Assembly (NCBI RefSeq): GCF_009914755.1
Contig: NC_060926.1
Length of the DNA: 64,000 nucleotides
From: the human T2T-CHM13v2.0 reference genome, Homo sapiens
Strand: one strand, 5' to 3'
Below are positions 40,798 through 55,785 of this stretch, piece after piece (position 1 is the stretch's first letter; each line of letters opens with the position of its first letter). Position numbers and translations under genes: made by a program. Under the pieces are notes generated by a model. It was not told the DNA's origin. It saw only the letters and a list, made by a program, of their open reading frames with translations, and searched no databases.

Positions 40798-43130
40798 GTG
40801 TCCACTGTGAGTGTTTGAAATTGTGTTGAATGCTATGAAGAAATCACATAGGGTGAAGACCAATAAATGTCAACTAGATTTGGAAACATGGAAACCTAAT
40901 GGTGAGAATTTCAGTAGGATGTTGAGGGTAAAATCCAGATTGAGTATGAATAAGAAGGAAATGGAGACAGTAATACTGGACAACTGTTCTGAGATTTGGC
41001 TGTAAAGCAAGGGAAAGAGAAAGGATGGGTAATGGGAGGGGTATGTGGGGGTTGAAGGAGGGCTGGTTATTTTTTTCCATGGTTCTGACCTAAACATGTT
41101 TTAAATGCTTCTGGGGAATAAACAAGGTGAAAAGGAATGATGGAAGATGAGAGAGAGAATGATAGAGAATCACAAAGTCCTGGAGGACATGGGAAGAGAT
41201 GGAGTGCAGAGTACAGGTGGCTTTAGAGGAGGAGATTGTCCTTTACAACTAGGAGAGAAGGGGAAAAGAAGTGGCTGAGTATTGAGGGGAGGGGCTAGTT
41301 GTGATGACACAGCATGTGACAGTTCCCTTCTGATGTTGTCTGTTCTTTTTAAAAAAACAGTCAATCCCTTCTGCTGAGAACAGGGGAGGAGGAAGGTTTG
41401 GCTCTGAGGGTTGAAGAGGGACAAAATGGCTGAAAATAATTGTTGGAGAAAATGTAAAGGGAGCAGACCAGAAAAACTGATAGGGTTTAAAAAACAAAAA
41501 CAAAATTTGATTATAACCATTTTTTATCCAGAGTGAAATATACCAAATTGTGTTTCCTGGGAAGTGTGCAAAGTAGATTTTTGTTTAGTTAAATTCCATT
41601 TTCCCTCACCAGTTTCTTTAATAATTCTAGGTAGTTTGTCTTAGTTCAGTGTCATCTCTAATAGTCACTCAGAAATGCCTTGGCTTCATTTTTGTTTTCT
41701 CTATTCAGAAATGAACAGTCACAAATGGAACTTTGATGCACTAGGCAACCAAAAACTTCCATTGCCAATCCTCCCATAAAGTGAATAATCAACACTCTTG
41801 CTTATTGAGGGTTGATTGCATTTATTGGACCAGAAACCTAACTTATATCTATAATTCTCATATATGAAGAGTCTGTTCTTAAAAATCTAATTTTAGCCAA
41901 CATTTAAAACTTCTGCAACTAAAGAATTCATGTGGGCTTTTAACTTCCTGAAGGGTCTTCCTGCTTAAAACACAATTAGTTCCTAAACAAAAGACATACT
42001 TTTTAAGGCAATACTGAATTTGCAGGAAGTAAGGGAAATCATCAGGACAGAAAATAAATGGGAACACACACAAAAATCAAAAACAAACAAACAAACAAAA
42101 AAAAGCTCTCCTTGGCTCCTGGCAGAAGCAAATGCAAGTCCTTTCTGAAGAAAAGCAACCTCAGTTCAGATCAACCAAATAAGAAGCTTAATATTTACAA
42201 TTAATAAACCATAGGTGAGACTCAGTAGAAACAAAACCTGAAGGACTTCGAAGAACAGAATCGTCAAACATACGATAATGATATATTAAGTATCTAAAGA
42301 ATTAAAAAATAGAGTTGCAAAAAATAAATAAGCAATAATATACTATAAAGGCACAGGCATGATGAAAAATGGAATTTTCAGAAATAAAAAATTGTCAGAA
42401 ACAAACTTAATTTGGTGAGTTTAACAGCAGATTGGAGAAAATCGTGAATTTTAAAAGCTAAAAAAATTACCCAGAATGCAAAAGAGAGACAAATGGATAG
42501 AAAATATAAAAAAGTCATTAACAGAGATAAAGGTTAAAATGAACAACTATAACATACAAATAGCTGGAGTTCCAAAAGGAAAGAATGGTGAAGAGGCAAA
42601 TTTTAAAGAGATAAAGACCAAGAATTTTCTAAAACTAGTGAATTACTGGTATCCAAAAATGCTGAAAGTGCAATGTATACCATCAGGCAGGAAAGCAAAT
42701 TTAAAAGTAAAGCTACAGTTAGCCACACTAAGCAGCTCTTAAAAGCAGTCAGAGAAAAATTATAAATGACCTACAATTGTGGAATTACAACAGACTTCTT
42801 AACAATATCAATGGAGATTAGAAAATAGTAGTCTAATATCTTGAAAGTTCAGGGGGAAGTGATTGCCAACTTAGAATTTTAAATCAAGCAAAACTGACTT
42901 TCAAGATTGAGTGCAAAATAAGAATGTTTCAGATTACAGAAATTGAGAGCTTACCAACAGTTCTTTTCTGAAGAACTTCTAAAAATATACTTCAGATAGA
43001 AAGAAAATGATCCCAGAGGGGAATCTGAAAACAAGAAGAAACAGTGAGTGAATAAGTGCTGACCCTCAAGGTAAATCTAAGCAAACCTTTTCTCTATAGA
43101 AGAAGAATATCTATGTAAGTGTTTTTTTTA

Positions 43131-43454
<324 letters not shown>

Positions 43455-43746
43455 CTAAAAACAATGATATGTAAATAAGGGATTGAGTTAAAATGTTCTG
43501 AGGCTCATATTTGTTTAGAGGTTGGGGTTGGGAAAGTTATGGGCTAATTTAGATCTTGTTAAGTACATCTAGAAAAATGTCAAGGGTAACCATAAAAAGC
43601 TAAAAGTATAATGCCAAAATCCTTAGGAAGGGAAAAAAATTTTAATTGGATTTTTGAAAAACAAGAAACAAGAAAAATAGCATAGGTAAAGCAAGACACA
43701 GAAAACAAAAAGTAGGTATTAGAAAAAATCCACATATATTCATAAT

Positions 43747-44351
43747 TGTGAAACAGAATACCATGCACTGGTAACAATCCTTATGAGGGGCACACCATAT
43801 GTTGGATACCAGGAGAGGACTCTAAACACTTTGCCAATTTTTGTAAAGATTCCTGTATCTGGTGGATGCCCAGGTCTGGCAGGAGTCTTTACACAAACAC
43901 AGCTTCTAAAGGTTTTGCACAAACCCAGCTGCCGGAGTCTGAGTCTGGTATGACAAAACACCTGCACAAGTCAGGCAAAGCCGACTTATTACTCACAGAT
44001 ATGTAGCAAAGATAGAAGCATAGAATCCGTGGGGAGCTGGTCCCCCAGAACTCAAGCAAGCTGCCCAGGGCAGACGGAATCCCATCTGCATATGCCCAAC
44101 TTCACACTACAGCTGAGGGACCCTGAAAGCAGTCCACTCTGGATTTTATACCCTACAGGTACTTAAATCACTGAGCTTAAGCATTGCAGAGCACCTTGTT
44201 CTGAGAAGAACAAAGACAAAGCCCAGGCTGTTCTAGATGGTTCTTCCTTATCCCAGGATGTTACATTCTCAGTACATTCTGCCCAAGAATTGTAAGAAGG
44301 AGCAGGGAGAGCTGAATCAGCCAAGGTCATTCAAGGACTTGTCCTCCTGCA
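43747..44351 (-). mobile_element. Solo LTR (ERVL class likely) inserted in L1
   Basis: TG...CA ends; 5-bp TSD ATAAT (43742-43746, 44352-44356); TATAAAA on the minus strand at ~44144-44150. Family not determined. Confidence 0.75.
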
Positions 44352-44922
44352 ATAATCACAATAAATACAAATGGATTAAACACTTCAGTTGAAAGATAGA
44401 GATGGTCAGATTGGATTTTAGTTATATTTATAAGTGGCATACCTAAAGACTCAAGGTAAAGACATGGAAAAAAGTAAGTTAGGCAAAAACAAACTAAATT
44501 AACATTGGAGTGGCTAGATTATTATCATATAAAGCATATTTTATGAGAAAAGACATTATTAGGAATACAGAGAATTACTACATAATAATAAAATAAAGAT
44601 TTAAATATTTTAGAATAATGTGCTTTTAATAATATAGCCTCAAAATATGTAAAGCAAAAAAATAAAAAAGAAAGAAATGTGAACAAATCCCTCATTATAC
44701 TAAGAGATTATAACAAACAGACAATTATATGCATGTGTGCACATGTATGTGTGTATAACAACACAAGTTGGATATAATACGAAATAGAAAAATTATATTT
44801 TTCTCAAGAAAACAAATTGAAAACATATTATACCATAAAGCAAATTTCAATAAATTTCAAATAATAAGTATCGGCATTCTCTCAAGTGAGTGCAAGAAAG
44901 TTAGAAATCAAGAACAAAATGC

Positions 44923-45402
<480 letters not shown>

Positions 45403-45925
45403 TAAATACACATTTCTAAATAAGTCATTAATCAAAGAGAAAATTACACTGAAAATTCTTCAAAATTTTTAAATGTGAATGATTATTAAATATCTTCATA
45501 TCAAATATTTAGAGATGCAGCAAAAATACTGCTTGGAAGGAAATCAATAACCTTGATGAAAATCAGTACAAAAAGAATCCAACCCACAGAAAGTAAAAGA
45601 TAGATACACACAGAAAGATATACTGAATGTAAGAGTAGAAATTAGTGAACTAGGAAACAAAAATATAATAGAGAGGATTGACAAAGCCAAAGGTTGGTTT
45701 TTGGATAAAACTAATCAAACAGATGAATCTCTGATAAAGCTGATCCTGAAAAACGATAAAATGCTCAAATAATTGTAGGCATAAAAAGGAGAGAAAACTG
45801 CAGATGAGACAGAAATTTAAAAGATAATAAGAGAATCTTATACATGAGATTATACAAATAAATTTGAAACTTAGAAAAATATAACTTACCAAAACTGATT
45901 CAAGAAAACAAAAAGTGAGCATGTA

Positions 45926-46217
<292 letters not shown>

Positions 46218-46379
46218 GAAGAAAGAAAGAAGTAACTATATATCTGTGGTGATGGGCATACAGTGTATAATGATGTAATACGGTCTAACTTAGCAGTAAT
46301 TACATTAAATGTGAAAGGATTTAACACTGCAAGAAAAGGCAGAGATTGGCAGAACAAATAATTCTTTTAAATGACCCAT

Positions 46380-46520
46380 CCAGGCACAGTGGCATGTGCC
46401 TGGAGTCCCAGTTACTCAGGAGGCTGAGGTAGGAGGATTACTTGAGCCCAAGAGTTCAAGTCCAGCCTGGGCAACATAGTAAAACCTCATCGCTCGACAA
46501 AACAAAACAAAAACAAAAAA
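46380..46520 (+). mobile_element. FLAM monomer
   Basis: Single monomer with a (CAAAA)n tail. Confidence 0.85.
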
Positions 46521-46546
46521 CCCAAAGATTTGAAAGTAAGAGGATG

Positions 46547-46899
<353 letters not shown>

Positions 46900-47050
46900 C
46901 TACATAATAATGAACATTTTATAATAGTAAAAGTGTCAATCCATTAAGACTATATAAATTATAAACATACATGCAACTAACAATAGAGCCTCAGATATGA
47001 AGTAAAAGCTGTCAGAATTCAAGGGAAAATAAACTATTCAACAATGATAG

Positions 47051-47289
47051 TTTTTTGTATTTTTAGTAGAGATGGGATTTCACCCCGTTAGCCAGGACGG
47101 TCTCCATCTCCTGACCTTGTGATCCACCCATCTCAGCCTCCCAAAGTGCTGGGATTGTAGGTGTGAGCCACTGTGCCTGGCCCATCCTCTTACTTTCAAA
47201 TCTTTGGGTTTTTTGTTTTTGTTTTGTTTTGTCAAGAGATGAGGTTTTACTATGTTGCCCAGGCTGGACTTGAACTCATGGGCTCAAGT
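47051..47289 (-). repeat. 239-bp inverted duplicate of 46440-46678
   Basis: Reverse-complement match includes the unique spacer cccaaagatttgaaagtaagaggatg; ~9 mismatches. Confidence 0.95.
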
Positions 47290-47446
47290 CTACCCATTAC
47301 TGAAAATACCTCATTTTCAGTAATGGGTAGAACAACTAGACAAAAGACTACCAAGGAAATAGAAGATTTGAACAATACTGTATACAACTATACTTAACAC
47401 ACATCTATAGAACACTCTACTCAACAACAGCAGAATATGCATTCTT

Positions 47447-47791
47447 TTATTATTCTTTTTTGAGATAGAGTCTCGCCCTGTTGCCCAGGCTGGCATCCAG
47501 TGGCACGATCATGGCTTACTGCAGCTTCTACCTCCTGGGCTCAAGTAATCCTCCCACCTCAGACTCCCGAGTAGCTGGGACCACAGGTGTGCACCACCAC
47601 ACTCAGCTAATTATTAATTTTTGTAGAGACAGGGTCTTGCTATGTTGGCCAGGGTCTTGCTAAGTTGCTCATTTCGTAGAGACAGGATCTTGCTATTTTG
47701 CCCAGGCTGGTCTTGAACTCCTGACTTCAAGTGATCCTCCTGCCTCGGCCTCCCAAAGTGCTAGATTACAGGCATGAGCCACCATACTCAG
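47447..47791 (-). mobile_element. AluJ with an internal duplication
   Basis: Both arms; gtagagacagg(g/a)tcttgcta occurs twice. Confidence 0.9.
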
Positions 47792-47809
47792 CAAAGAATA
47801 CACATTCTT

Positions 47810-48326
47810 TTTTTTTTTTTTATTATTATACTTTAAGTTCTAGGGTACATGTGCACAATGTGCAGGTTTGATACATAGGTATACATGTGCCATGTTGGTG
47901 TGCTGCATCTATCATGCTATCCCTCCCCCAGCCCCCCACCCCCTGACAGGCCCCGGTATGTGACATTCCATGCCCTGTGGCCAAGCGATCTCATTGTTCA
48001 GTTCCCACCTATGAGTGAGAACATGCGGTGTTTGATTTTCTGTCCTTGTGATAGTTTGCTGAGAATGATGGTTTCCAGCTTCATCCATGTCCCTACAAAG
48101 GACATGAACTCATCCTTTTTTATGGCTGCATAGTTTTCCATGGTGCATATGTCTATCATTGATGGACATTTGGGTTGGTTCCAAGTCTTTGCTACTGTGA
48201 TTAGTGCCGCAATAAACATATGTGTGCATGTGTCTTTATAGAAGAATAATTTATAATCCTTTGGGTATATACCCAGTAATGGGATTGCTGGGTCAAACTG
48301 TATTTCTAGTTCTAGACCTTTGAGGG
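47810..48326 (-). mobile_element. 5'-truncated L1PA 3' end
   Basis: Poly(T) followed by attatactttaagttctagggtacatgtgcac; TSD agaatacacattctt (47795-47809, 48327-48341). Confidence 0.95.
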
Positions 48327-48830
48327 AGAATACACATTCTTAAGTACATATGGAACATTCTCCAGGAGAGACAATCCATTAGACCACAAAATAAGTCCCA
48401 ATAAATTTTAAAAGATTAGAATTATAAAAAGTATGTTCGCCATAGAATAAAATTTGAAAACAATAACAAAAATTAATTTGGGAAATTCACAAATATGTGG
48501 AAATTAAAAAACACTCTTCTTAACCAAGAAGTCAAAGAACAAATAAGAGAACTTAGAAAAAAATTTGAGATGAAGGAAACAAAATAGCATACCAAAGTTT
48601 CTGGGGTACAGCTAAAGCGGTAGGTACTTGGAGGGAAATTTATAGCTGTAAATAACTGTATTTAAAAAGAAGAAAAATCTCAAATCAACTACTTAAACTA
48701 TCATCTTAAGAAACTAGAAAAGCAGAGAAAACCAAATCTAAAGAAACCAGAAGGAAGGTAGCAACATAAATTGATACAGAAACTTGAGAAAACAATTTAG
48801 CATTATAATGTTGAGCCTTTACATACCCTA

Positions 48831-49211
<381 letters not shown>

Positions 49212-49490
49212 TCAATGTATATGAAAACAACATGAAGATTCTGAGAAGGTGGCAGCCTTGATGGTATAATTATTTAATCTCTTCAAATCCCCCATAAAGA
49301 TACACAAAGCAGCCAGGATTGCAAAACTAAAAACCCATGGAAAATCCCTACAACAAACCAGATGACACTGAATCCCTACAAACCCTAAAACATAAATGGG
49401 TGGAGACACACCTACAAGATCTGCATGGTATCAGCAGCTGTGTTGGAGGACACAGAAGGAAGCAACAGAGCACCTGGTAGGCCTCAGAAC

Positions 49491-49942
49491 TGTGAGGTCC
49501 TAACAAGGGGAAAGAAGTCAGGCTGGCAGGAGCAGAGGAAGCAAAAAACAGAAAGCAGATAAGGTATAAGGGATTTTATAAGGTCCAAAACACATAGCCC
49601 TCCTGTACAAATAACTCACAATCTTCCTGTTCTCAACTGTGCCTTCCTGTGCCAACCCTCAACTAATAAAATAATGCAATTTAGTTCCCTGCAACCTTGG
49701 CATTACCAGTACTGCGCAAAGCCCTCTTCAGCACATAGCACAAGCACCATCCTATAAAATCCCCAGGAAGCCTATGTTTCCTTGCAGTCAGTTCCTCTCT
49801 TGCTAACCTTCCTGTTGCATCCTTGCAACCTATTTGCCTACTTTCTCTAATAAATCTGCCTATTTTAAACCTACAACTGTCTTGGCAAATTCTTCTTACT
49901 GCCCATGCTACTGGCCCAGATAGTCACTGATCACCTGCAACA
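49491..49942 (+). mobile_element. Solo LTR (ERVL class, LTR47-like)
   Basis: TG...CA; 5-bp TSD AGAAC (49486-49490, 49943-49947); cctataaaa TATA at ~49751; AATAAA at ~49849. Family name is from memory. Confidence 0.82.
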
Positions 49943-50796
49943 AGAACTTTAAAATAATCAAGAAACAACTATTGTAAAGCCACCAGGCAGGTGGAGGACA
50001 GCACCTGACCCAGGGAGGTATTTGTATCCTTCAGTAAAAGCATGTGAGTTCCAAAGGTAAAGTCAGAAGAGGCCAGGGAAGACTGGGCCTAATAAACACT
50101 CCAAACTAACCAGCCCAAGCCCCTATCCAGAATAGAACCCCAGCTGGGAACAGACTCCAAATTGAGCACTTCAGGAAAATAGAGAAAAGCAAAAAAGAGA
50201 ACCCAGACTACAGTAGGGGAGAACGGAATGGAAGTTCTCAGGAAGTGAGGTGCCCTATTTTTAAAATACTGAACAAAAACAACAGAAGAGAGTGCTCTAC
50301 CATTGTGAAATGAGAAAAACCCTTAAATTATACCTCCTTTCAAAAAGTTCAGGAAATCTAATATTATGTAAACATAAGTAGCAGAAAAGGATTGAAGTCA
50401 AATCCCACACGGTTATTCAAAGAAAAAATAAAAAGTAGAATAACATCCCTGCAGACGATAAAAGCATGCCAGAGAAACACACGGGTGAAAACGACAGCCT
50501 AATATTTTGACATAAAAGCAAAGGGAAGGGAGGGGAGGGGAGGAAGGCACAGCTCATCTGTGGTATTCAGTAATGGGGAGCACAACTGCAAAGAAAAGAG
50601 GCAATGAGCACAAAAGCCAGGCTGGCGTTTACTCTTGGAGGAGGGGCGTGGCATTGCATTTGGGAAAGTGAGCCTGGCAGGCTTATGGGGTCAGAGTCAG
50701 CTTCCTTTATGTGGGGATGTTTAAAGGTGTTTATCTTGTAATTTCGTTAACCTCTCATTTTGTCTTATGCTATATATACACGTATATGTATAACGG

Positions 50797-51115
50797 TGTT
50801 TTTTGGTTTTGGTTTTGGCTTGTTTTTTGTTTTTGTTTTTGAGATGGAGTGTCACTCTGTCGCCCAGGCTAGAGTGCAATGGCGCGATCTCGGCTCACTG
50901 AACCTCCTAGGTTCAAGCGATTCTCCTGCCTCAGCCTTCGGAGTAGCTGGGACTACAGGCGCCCACTACCATACCTGGATGATTTTGGTATTCTTAGTAG
51001 AGATGGGGTTTCACCATGTCAGCCAGGCTGGTCTCAAACTCCTGACCTCAAGTGATCAGCCTGCCTTGGCCTCCCACAATGCTAGGATTACAGGCATAAG
51101 CCACCGCGCCTGGCC
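50797..51115 (-). mobile_element. AluS
   Basis: Both arms; TSD ataacggt / ataatggt. Confidence 0.93.
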
Positions 51116-51139
51116 ATAATGGTTTCTTTTTTAGCAACT

Positions 51140-51790
51140 AAATTTGTTTAAAAGAGTGTTGATTTCAGTATTGTTCATAATTGCCCCAAACTCCATTGAC
51201 AGGAGGGCATGAATAAATTGTGCTATTCAGATGATGGCCTGTTATTCAGCAATGAAAATAAATTACCTATTCTTCCAGTGAAACTTAGAGACATGATTAT
51301 GGACAGGGAAAAAAACAAGTATCAAAAACCTACATGCTATATGATACCATTTTTATAAGCCTTAGAAACCAAGCAAAAATGAAACAGTGTATTATTTAGG
51401 AATACATACATATGTGATTTTTGAAACTATATTTTAAGGAAGCAAGGCTGGCAAACGCAAAATTTAGGATAGACTGTATACCACGATAACATTTTTATAA
51501 TGCTCAGAAATCAGCAAAAATTAAACAATATTGTTTAGGAATAAGTAGACACGTGATTTTTAAAACTATTCTTTAAAAAAGCAGGGGAATGATAAACCCA
51601 AAATTCAAGCTGGTTTTTATTTCTAGGGAAGCAAGGAGCATGGGATAGGGGAGCTAGACCCAAGTTTTCTTCCTAGGTCGTGTGGTAGGTTCACAGTATA
51701 CTTTTGATTATCATGTTTCATGATTCACAAATGTGTTTTATATGAAGACTTTATCAGATCTGCACACTAAGAATACAAATTAAAAATTGA
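51140..51790 (+). mobile_element. Ancient L1 (L1ME-like) 3' remnant with an internal tandem duplication
   Basis: By-eye similarity to L1M 3' ends; ~142-bp duplicated unit. Confidence 0.6.
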
Positions 51791-52008
51791 ATTCTCTTTT
51801 TCATCAGCAATTCATCTGTTCATTCATTCAGTTATGCAACAAATAGGTATTGTGTGCCCGCCCTACGCCAAGCCCTGTGCTAGGTCCTAGGATAGGGCAG
51901 TGAGCAGACACCATGGCTGTCCTCTCAAAGTTCACAGCCTCCTGGGACTTTCTACGCCACTGGTGATGGGGCCAAGTGGGAAATGGCTTTTTACAAATCT
52001 GCAGAGAG

Positions 52009-52460
52009 CACTATTTACAATAGCAAAGACTTGGAACCAACCCAAAGGTCCATCAATGATACACTGGATAAAGAAAATGTGGCACATATACACCATGGGA
52101 TACTATGCAGCCATGAAAAAGAATGAGTCCATGTCCTTTGCAGGGACATGGATGAAGCTGGAAGCCATTATCCTCAGTAAACTAACGCAAAAGCAGAAAA
52201 CCAAACACCACATGTTCTCACTCATAAGTGGGAGCTGAACAATGAGAACACATGGACACAGGGAGGGGAACATCACACACTGGGGCCTGTCAGGAGTTGG
52301 GGGCAAGGGGAGGGAGAGCATTAGGATGAATACCTAGTGAATGCAGGGCTTAAAACCCAGATGACAGGTTGATAGATGCGGCAAACCACCATGGCACATG
52401 TATACCTATAAACCTGCACATTCTACACATGTATCCCAGAATTTAAAGTAAAAAAAAAAA
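52009..52460 (+). mobile_element. 5'-truncated L1PA 3' end
   Basis: ORF2 C-terminus (AKTWNQPK...MKLEAIILSKL...MFSLISGS) and poly(A); TSD aaatctgcagagag (51995-52008, 52461-52474). Confidence 0.95.
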
Positions 52461-52976
52461 AAATCTGCAGAGAGTAAGAGCCAGGACAATCCATAATCAG
52501 GACCTTCCATTTCAGGATAACCAGGAAATACCTTGTTGGTATGACTTGAGGGAGGTAATTTTTAAATTAAGATAGTTAAGGCAGCCAACAGGAGACAGCA
52601 AAAACAGCAGACAGGCACTCCAGGCCGGTGGTTCCCAATACTGCCAATGTTGTTCCCCAGAGAAGTTTTCATCATCTTAAGCAATGTGATATGCACATGC
52701 ATGCAAACATGCACACGCACACGGGTTATTCGGAGTTTATTTCCTCCCTATGTTTCTGTGTTAGGATCTCCTTTCATTTACGTATTGATAGTGATGATAG
52801 ACAGTGGTCGGACTTTGTTTAGGGAACTGTGGTTTGGTTTTTAATGTCCATACTTAGTAAAATAAAGAGCTGCCAAATCCAAATCAATCTCTAAGATTTA
52901 AATTCTTCATTATGTAAACCCTGAAGTTTGAGAATCATGGTCCAGTCATGTTTGAACCTAGCACTTTCCTTTTTGA

Positions 52977-53307
<331 letters not shown>

Positions 53308-53645
53308 TGAGGTCACTTTTCAATACTTGGTTAAGACCTTGCTTGGCCTCAGGAGTAGCCTGGCCTTGACTCCCTGCCCAGCACCACCCCCATCCGTAGG
53401 GCCTGGAGGAGTTCCTCAGCTTATCTCTGAGCAGAGCTGAAAACCACCCTATGGCTGACACCAAGGTGAAAGGAAAGGACTGGTACCTAATAGCAAAAGC
53501 AGCAGTATATGTGTGTGCATGTGTGTATTACTACAAATACATCTGTTCCGGCAAGGTATCTCTACTACAGAATCAACCCGCGGGAATGTTTAGCTGAGGC
53601 TCCAGAGACCCTGTTGAGGAGTGTGCCGTGTCTGAGGTCAAGTAA

Positions 53646-54149
<504 letters not shown>

Positions 54150-54203
54150 TAATGTTCCCTATGGAGAGGCAGCATAGCACAGAGGTTAAAAACACAAAAT
54201 CCA

Positions 54204-54510
54204 GGCCAGACATGGGGACTCAGGCCTGTAATCACAGGAATCTGGGAGGCAGGAGGATCACTGGAGTCCAGGGGTTCAAGACCAGCTTGGGCAACATAGT
54301 GAGACCCCATCTCTACAAAAAATTTTTTTAAAATATTACTCAAGCTGGTAGTGCACAACTGTAGTTCCAGCTTCTCAGGAGGCTGAGTTGAGAGGATCAC
54401 TTGAGTCCAGGAGGTCAAGGCTGCAGAGAGCCATGATTGCACCACAGCACTCCGGCCTGGCTGACAGCAAGACGCTATCTCTAAAAAAAAATGGTAAAAA
54501 AAAAAAAAAG
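54204..54510 (+). mobile_element. AluJ inserted in a MIR
   Basis: TSD aacacaaaatc; MIR-like flanks (ggcagcatagcacagaggttaa...gcctcagtttccccagctataaaatgagg). Confidence 0.88.
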
Positions 54511-54684
54511 GAACACAAAATCTGGAGCCACACTGCCAGGGTTTCAGCACCACTTCTACTACTTCCTAACCCGATTTAACCTCCTCTTGCCTCAGTTTCC
54601 CCAGCTATAAAATGAGGGTGATTATAGTTCTTACCACATAGGTTTGTAATTAGGTTATGAGAAAAATGACAGCTTCTCTTTTAA

Positions 54685-54945
54685 CTTAATTTTATTTTTA
54701 GCTTTTATTTTAGGTTCGGTGTTACACAGGAAAACTCATGTCATGGGGGTTTGTTGTACAGATTATTTCATCACCCGGGTATTAAGCCCAGTACCCAAAA
54801 GTTATCTTTTCTGCTCCTCTCCTTCCTCCCAACTTCCACCCTCAAGTAGGCCTCGGTGTCTGCTGTTCCCCTCTTTGTGTCCACGTGTTCTCATCATTTA
54901 GCTCCCACTTATAACTGAGGATATGTGGTATTTGGTTTTCCGTTC
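54685..54945 (-). mobile_element. L1PA/PB 3' fragment abutting a + strand Alu fragment (54960-55075)
   Basis: tgtcatgggggtttgttgtacagattatttcatcacc...catttagctcccacttataa. Confidence 0.85.
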
Positions 54946-55536
54946 CAAGAGTTTCTCTTAGGCTGAGGTGGGAGGATAGCTTGAGCCAGGGCGGTCGAGG
55001 CTGCAGTGAGCTGCCATCCTGCCACTGCACTCCAGCCTGGGGTGACAGAGTGAGACCCTACCACAAAGAAAATAAAAAGAGAGAGAGAGAGAATGAGAAT
55101 GACAGAGAGAGAAAAAACAGTTTCTCTTTTTAAGGTATTTAAAACAGATCTTCCACAGAGTAAGTGCTATATAAGCGTTTGCTAAATAAACATCCTAACA
55201 TGAATAGGAAACCGTTATTACTGGCTATAAGACCTTAAAGCAGTTACAACCTCAAAATAAATAAAAACAAAATAATATGATTAAATTCTAGCTAGATTTT
55301 TTACCTGCTAAAATGCTTGGTGGAGACCCGCTCTCAAAAGAACAGAGAGAGGGAAGCAAGTGAAGTCTTAAGGACGTTGCCATCACCAAACTGAAACCTC
55401 TTCCTCACTCAACCAGAAGACCTGAAAGAAAACTGAAGTAACAGTAACTGTCTTACTGCGCTACCCACCCTCAACCATCCCCAGGCCCACTAGGAGCATG
55501 TTGTACATGTTCTGGAAAGTTCTGGAAAGGCCATTA

Positions 55537-55785
<249 letters not shown>

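Noticed and set aside
50523-50547. G-run tract with G-quadruplex potential
   Set aside because: Short purine low-complexity sequence in an intergenic repeat context, with nothing to suggest function.
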